64,000 nt of DNA, from assembly GCA_012295275.1 (NCBI GenBank), contig CM022676.1, positions 6,634,001 to 6,698,000 of the forward strand, written 5' to 3'. Origin of the DNA: Chrysomallon squamiferum. Lineage: Eukaryota > Animalia > Mollusca. Both the position numbers and the translations under genes were made by a program. Positions 59,417-64,000 of the stretch are shown here, in pieces. The notes below the pieces were generated by a model. The model had not been told where the DNA came from. It saw only the letters and a program-made list of their open reading frames with translations, and searched no databases. Every line of letters begins with the position of its first letter. Within the stretch, counting starts at the first letter, position 1.

Positions 59417-59805
59417 GTTGGTTCGTTGTAATTAATTGTTGAGAATGATAGATTTTAATTATTCGTTAATGTGGGTTTTTGTTAATTGTTTTATGCTAAG
59501 TTTGTGTTGTTTATGTGAAATTTTCTGATTGATTGATGTTTTTAGGTATTTGTGTATTTTTTAATATATAATATTATTATATGTCAGGATTTACTAATTA
59601 TATATCTTTTTTAGTAAATGGATTTTGATATTATTGTTATTTTTATAATTATAATTATTGTTGTTGCTGTTGTTGTTATTTATCATTATTATTATTATTA
59701 TCATCATCATCATTATCATTATCATCATTATTATTATTATCATTATCATCATAATTGTCATCATCATCATCATTATTATTATTATTATTGTTATTATTAT
59801 TAAAG

Positions 59806-60604
59806 GAAGAAAGTGAAGCAGCAGCAGAGGAGGAGGCAGAAAAAGAAGAGGAAGAAAGAAAAAAGGAAAAAGAAGAGAAAGAGGAAATAGATATTGACCT
59901 CAATGACCCGGAAGTTGTCGAAGCAGCCATCAAGATCCAGAGCGGATTCAAAGGCTACAAAGTTCGCCGGGAGATGAAGAAAGCATCGGGAACAGACGAG
60001 GTGGTCGTCGAAACTGAAGAGGAGCAAGGAGAGGAGCCCGAGCAAGGAGATGAAGGAGCAGCACCCGAGGTAGGAGCAGGAGAAATAATAGAAGCGGAGA
60101 AGAAGGAGAGGCGAAGGAAGGAGAGGAGATAGATATTGACTTGAATGACCCCGAAGTGGAAAAAGCGGCGGTGAAAATTCAGGCCAGTTTCAAAGGATTC
60201 AAGGCGAGAAAAGACGCAGCCAAAGAGGATGAGGCTGAAGAAGAAGAAGGAGGTGAGCAAGAAAAGGAAGGACAGGAAGAAGAGAAAGTAGGAGAGCAAG
60301 AAAAAGAAGGAGAGCAAGAGAAAGAAGGAGAGCAAGAAAAGAAGGACAGGAAGAAGAGAAAGGAGAGGAAGCAAAAGAAGGAGAGCAAGAGAAAGAAGGA
60401 GAGCTAGAGAAAGAAGGAGAGCAAGAAAAAGAAGGAGAACAAGAAAAAGAAGAACAAATAAAAGAAGGAGAGCAAGAAAAAGAAGGAGAGCAAGAAGAAG
60501 AAGAAAAGAAAGAAGAAGGAGAGCAAGAAAAAGAAGGAGAGCAAGAAGAAGAAGAAAAGAAAGAAGAAGAAGAGGAGGAGAAGAAGGAGGAAGGTGATCA
60601 GTAG
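59806..60604 (+). CDS. SPA17: Terminal exon with two acidic-IQ modules and an E/K/Q/G-rich (GEQEKE)n tail ending ...EEGDQ*
   Basis: aAG acceptor after (TTA)n, phase 0. IQSGFKGYKVRRE and IQASFKGFKARKD modules. Apparent indels near 60098 and within the purine-rich tail. TAG at 60602-60604; AATAAA near 60717. Confidence 0.8.
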
Positions 60605-60669
60605 GAACGTTTGATGATTTACATCGGTATCATTCATCCTTATTTAAACATTTGTGATCACAAGAGAGT

Positions 60670-61190
60670 TGAATTATCTCCCTTGATATACTGTGAAATT
60701 GTCTCCCCTTGATTCAATAAATTCACTGTGAAATTACCCCCCCTTGATTTAATAATTTTACTGTGAAATTATCTCCCCTTGATTTATTAATTTTACTGCG
60801 AAATTCTCTCCCTTGGTAAAATCGTTTTGCTGTAACATTATCTCCACTGACATAACAATTATACTGTGAAATTATCTCCCTTGATAAAATCGTTTTACTG
60901 TGAAATTATCTCCCTTCATAATGCATTGGTTTTTTTTTTTGTTTTTGTTAAATTATCTCCAAATTGCATTGTTACTTTGTGATAGCACTCTCTTCACAGC
61001 ATGGTTCTGTAAAATTATCTCCCTTCTTATTATTTGTTTCTCTTAAACTGTATTATAAAATATAGTGAGTATGTGAAATTATCTCCCTCTATTGTATATT
61101 CGGCTTGAAATTATCTCCCCTGTATTTTTTTCTAATATAATTATGACCATTGATAGTATAGTTTTTTTAGTGAAATGTTTCCCTTGATGA
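60670..61190 (+). repeat. Repeat array of tgtgaaattatctccc(c)tt in the 3' UTR/flank
   Basis: About 12 copies at ~35-40-bp spacing; single inverted copies at ~43465 and ~47268. Confidence 0.85.
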
Positions 61191-61449
61191 AAAGGAAAAT
61201 AAGCTTTTTAAAAAAATAATACTGGTTTCTGTGTTTGTAAGAGATTAAATTACATATCCATTGTTATTTAAAAAAGAAATTATATTCATTGTACAATACT
61301 TCATTTGTGTGAAAGAGTTTTTTTTTGTTTTTTTAAATTTTATCAAGTAATATATTTAACAATAGTTTGGTTGTGAAATGAAGTTTAAGCATATTTTGTA
61401 TACTGGAGTTAAAAAATCAGCTTTTTTTTTTTTTTTTTTAAACAAATTT

Positions 61450-62110
61450 TTGGTCTGTTGAAGTTTAAAAATTAACCAATGTATTTTATGCATTTTTTAT
61501 TACCCATTGAAATTTAAAAATCCAATTATATATTTAATAACTGGTTGTACAGATGTTTTAAAAAATTTACTTGTACATTTAATACAAATTTAAAAAGTCA
61601 CCTGATGTGTTTTTATAAAAGTTTGGTTGTCTATAGAAGTTTCAAAATCAACTAATGTATTTAATAAAAATCTTTTTATTCACTGAAATTTAAAACAGGT
61701 TGGTCTGTTTAATAATTGGTTCAACCATTTTAAAAAATAAATAAATCAGTTTGATAATTAATACAAATTTGGTTGCCTAGCGAAGTTTAAAATTCATCTA
61801 ATATATTTGACAAAAAATAAGTTGTCTGTTGAAGTTTAAAAATCAACTGATGTATTTAATAGTGATTTGGTTGTACAAAAGTTTTATGAAAAAAAAACAC
61901 CCATCTATTGTATTTAATAAATATCTGGTTGTCTAACAGAGTTTAAAAATCAATTATTTTGATATTAATTTGGTTGTTTCGAATTTAAAAGTCAACTTGC
62001 ACATTTAATACAAATTGTTTGTTAACTGAAGTTTGAAAATCAATTAATGTTTTCAAACTGTGGTTGAGCAGAAGTGTTTAAAAATCAGTATATTTAATAA
62101 AGATTTGGTT
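61450..62110 (+). repeat. ~50-bp degenerate tandem repeat (ggttgtct..tgaagtttaaaaatcaactaatgtatttaata)
   Basis: About 10 degenerate copies. Confidence 0.75.
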
Positions 62111-62580
62111 TAATACTGTTCTTATTTAATGTGGATTTGACACTACTGAAATTCAAAAATCGACCAATGTATGTTTTGGAAAATCCAGTTAAATATGAAG
62201 ATTAATTTTCTTGTAAAAAATAAATTGCAGCATCTGACTTACAGATCAGCATCAGTTGTAGTGATGAATACATTCATATTTAGACATTATTAATCATGAC
62301 ACGGTAGCCATATTGAAATTAGTTTGAAAACTGAATCATCCACTGCATAATTTAAAATTTCAGCGAGTTAGTGTTTTATAATCATATTGCTGTTTTAACT
62401 GTCGTTAGTAAATTGTCAGTACATCTTGTTTGTTGAAAAAAAAATTATTGATTAATTGTGACAAAGAAAAAAAAAACATACTTTATCAGTAAAATAAAAT
62501 TTCTTTGAAAACAATTGCAATTATTTCTATTATTATTATTATTATTATCATTATTATTGTTATTGTTATTATTATTATTA

Positions 62581-62645
<65 letters not shown>

Positions 62646-64000
62646 GTTATTATTATAATTATTATTATTATTATTATTAAAGGTATTATTTTCCATGGAT
62701 TTGACATATCTGATAAATAAAGCAGATCATCTATGGTATAAGATTAATGCTGGATTAATTTAGTATTCTGAAAATAGAAAAATCTTAAATCAAATTATCA
62801 TGTTTTTAATATAATGATCTGAAAAAATAATCATAAATAGAAATATACAAAAAATAAACAGATTTCAAAACAAATAAAATTTTAAAAGTGACTGTAACAA
62901 ATACTTTAAATTTAAATCACCATCAAAAAAAATAAATAAAATTAATATATTTATTGTTTTTATTATTGCCCTTTGTTAGTCATTCTAGAAAAATGTTATA
63001 TTAATTTATAAGCTGTTTCTTTACAAACATTCCATTGTATTATATTAAAATATTGTTATTGATCTTTTAAAGAAAAAGTTTGTATTTATTATAATGATGT
63101 GTAATTAGATTGTTGAATAAAACATGTATAACAATACATTCTCTTGTTAAAAACATTAGTATACTTTTTATTTATTTAGCCATATTTCAAACCGTTATTT
63201 CTTCAAAAAATAAACACATAGTTAGTTAATATACACTGGTTGATTTATTGAAAGTTTTCATTCTAATTTAATCATTTATATTTTTAAACTCACTTTCTTT
63301 TGAATGTATAGTTTTTTTTTTTTTTTTTTTTTGCAATATAAATAATAACTTTTCTCTTTCTACTATCTGTTATTTTTCTTTATAAGCTCCTTTTTTTTCT
63401 TTTCTCATTTTTGACATAAAATATTTATAACTACTTGAAACCTTACGTATATATTTGCTTTCATTATCTCTTCTGAATGTAAATTAAATCTATGTTTTCG
63501 TTTCTCTTCCTTACAAAGAAATAATTTTCTTTTTGTCTGCAAATCACTTCATCAAAAATCATTTAGTATCACTGAACATCAGACATGTTTTTGCTACAGT
63601 TTGCATGCTTTAATCTTAACTTCTTAATTTTAAACATATTTTCTTTATCTCTCTTCTGAATATATATTTGTTTTTTCTTTGTCATAAGGATAGCAATAAT
63701 AAAATTAAAAAAAAATTTTTTTTTTTTTTACACTGAAACTATTTCTTGAAGAAATTATTTATAGTGAAAAAGATATTTCTGGGTTTCAGTTGGTATATTA
63801 TAATCTCCTTTTAATATCTGTATTATAACTTTTTATTTACTTTTCTTTTTTCTATAAACCTTTTCCATAGAAGTTGTTATTTTGTTTATATAGCAGTAGT
63901 TTTGTTCTACTTTAAAATTACTCCATAAAAAAGTATTTTGCATTTTAATTTTTTTGTGCTTAAAATGCATTATTGTTAGAATTATTAATATATTTGTCTC

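Overview
AT-rich, microsatellite-laden animal genomic DNA, probably a mollusc (inferred from the recurring SINE-like repeats). It is not prokaryotic, and most ORFs in the track are translations of simple repeats. Two real + strand coding units are visible. (1) 1365-3643: one long coding exon for an acidic ~759-aa protein, with one 1-bp frameshift near 3385-3388. It has an MGNLCS myristoylation/palmitoylation N-terminus, an 11-mer amphipathic repeat region, two PPxY motifs and one or two AKAP-type (PKA-R binding) helices. (2) 32574-60604: a phase-consistent 9-exon gene. A 71-bp exon (44076-44146) encodes the Sp17/SPA17 signature (DPAxxGxKxxDRFYNNxAF), and the following exons encode about 12 IQ motifs, 10 of them neurogranin/PEP-19-type acidic-IQ modules. 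No RIIa docking-domain exon typical of SPA17 was found in the window. Instead, a candidate myristoylated first exon (MGAKLAK..., 32574-32640) splices in phase onto the Sp17 exon. The locus therefore looks like a membrane-targeted, alternatively spliced multi-IQ calmodulin-binding SPA17 derivative next to, or surrounding, a dual-acylated AKAP-like gene. The rest is micro/minisatellites, two small TIR elements, decayed SINE-like copies and a ~240-bp dispersed duplication. Several coding indels look like long-read homopolymer errors. All family assignments are from remembered motifs, not database searches.
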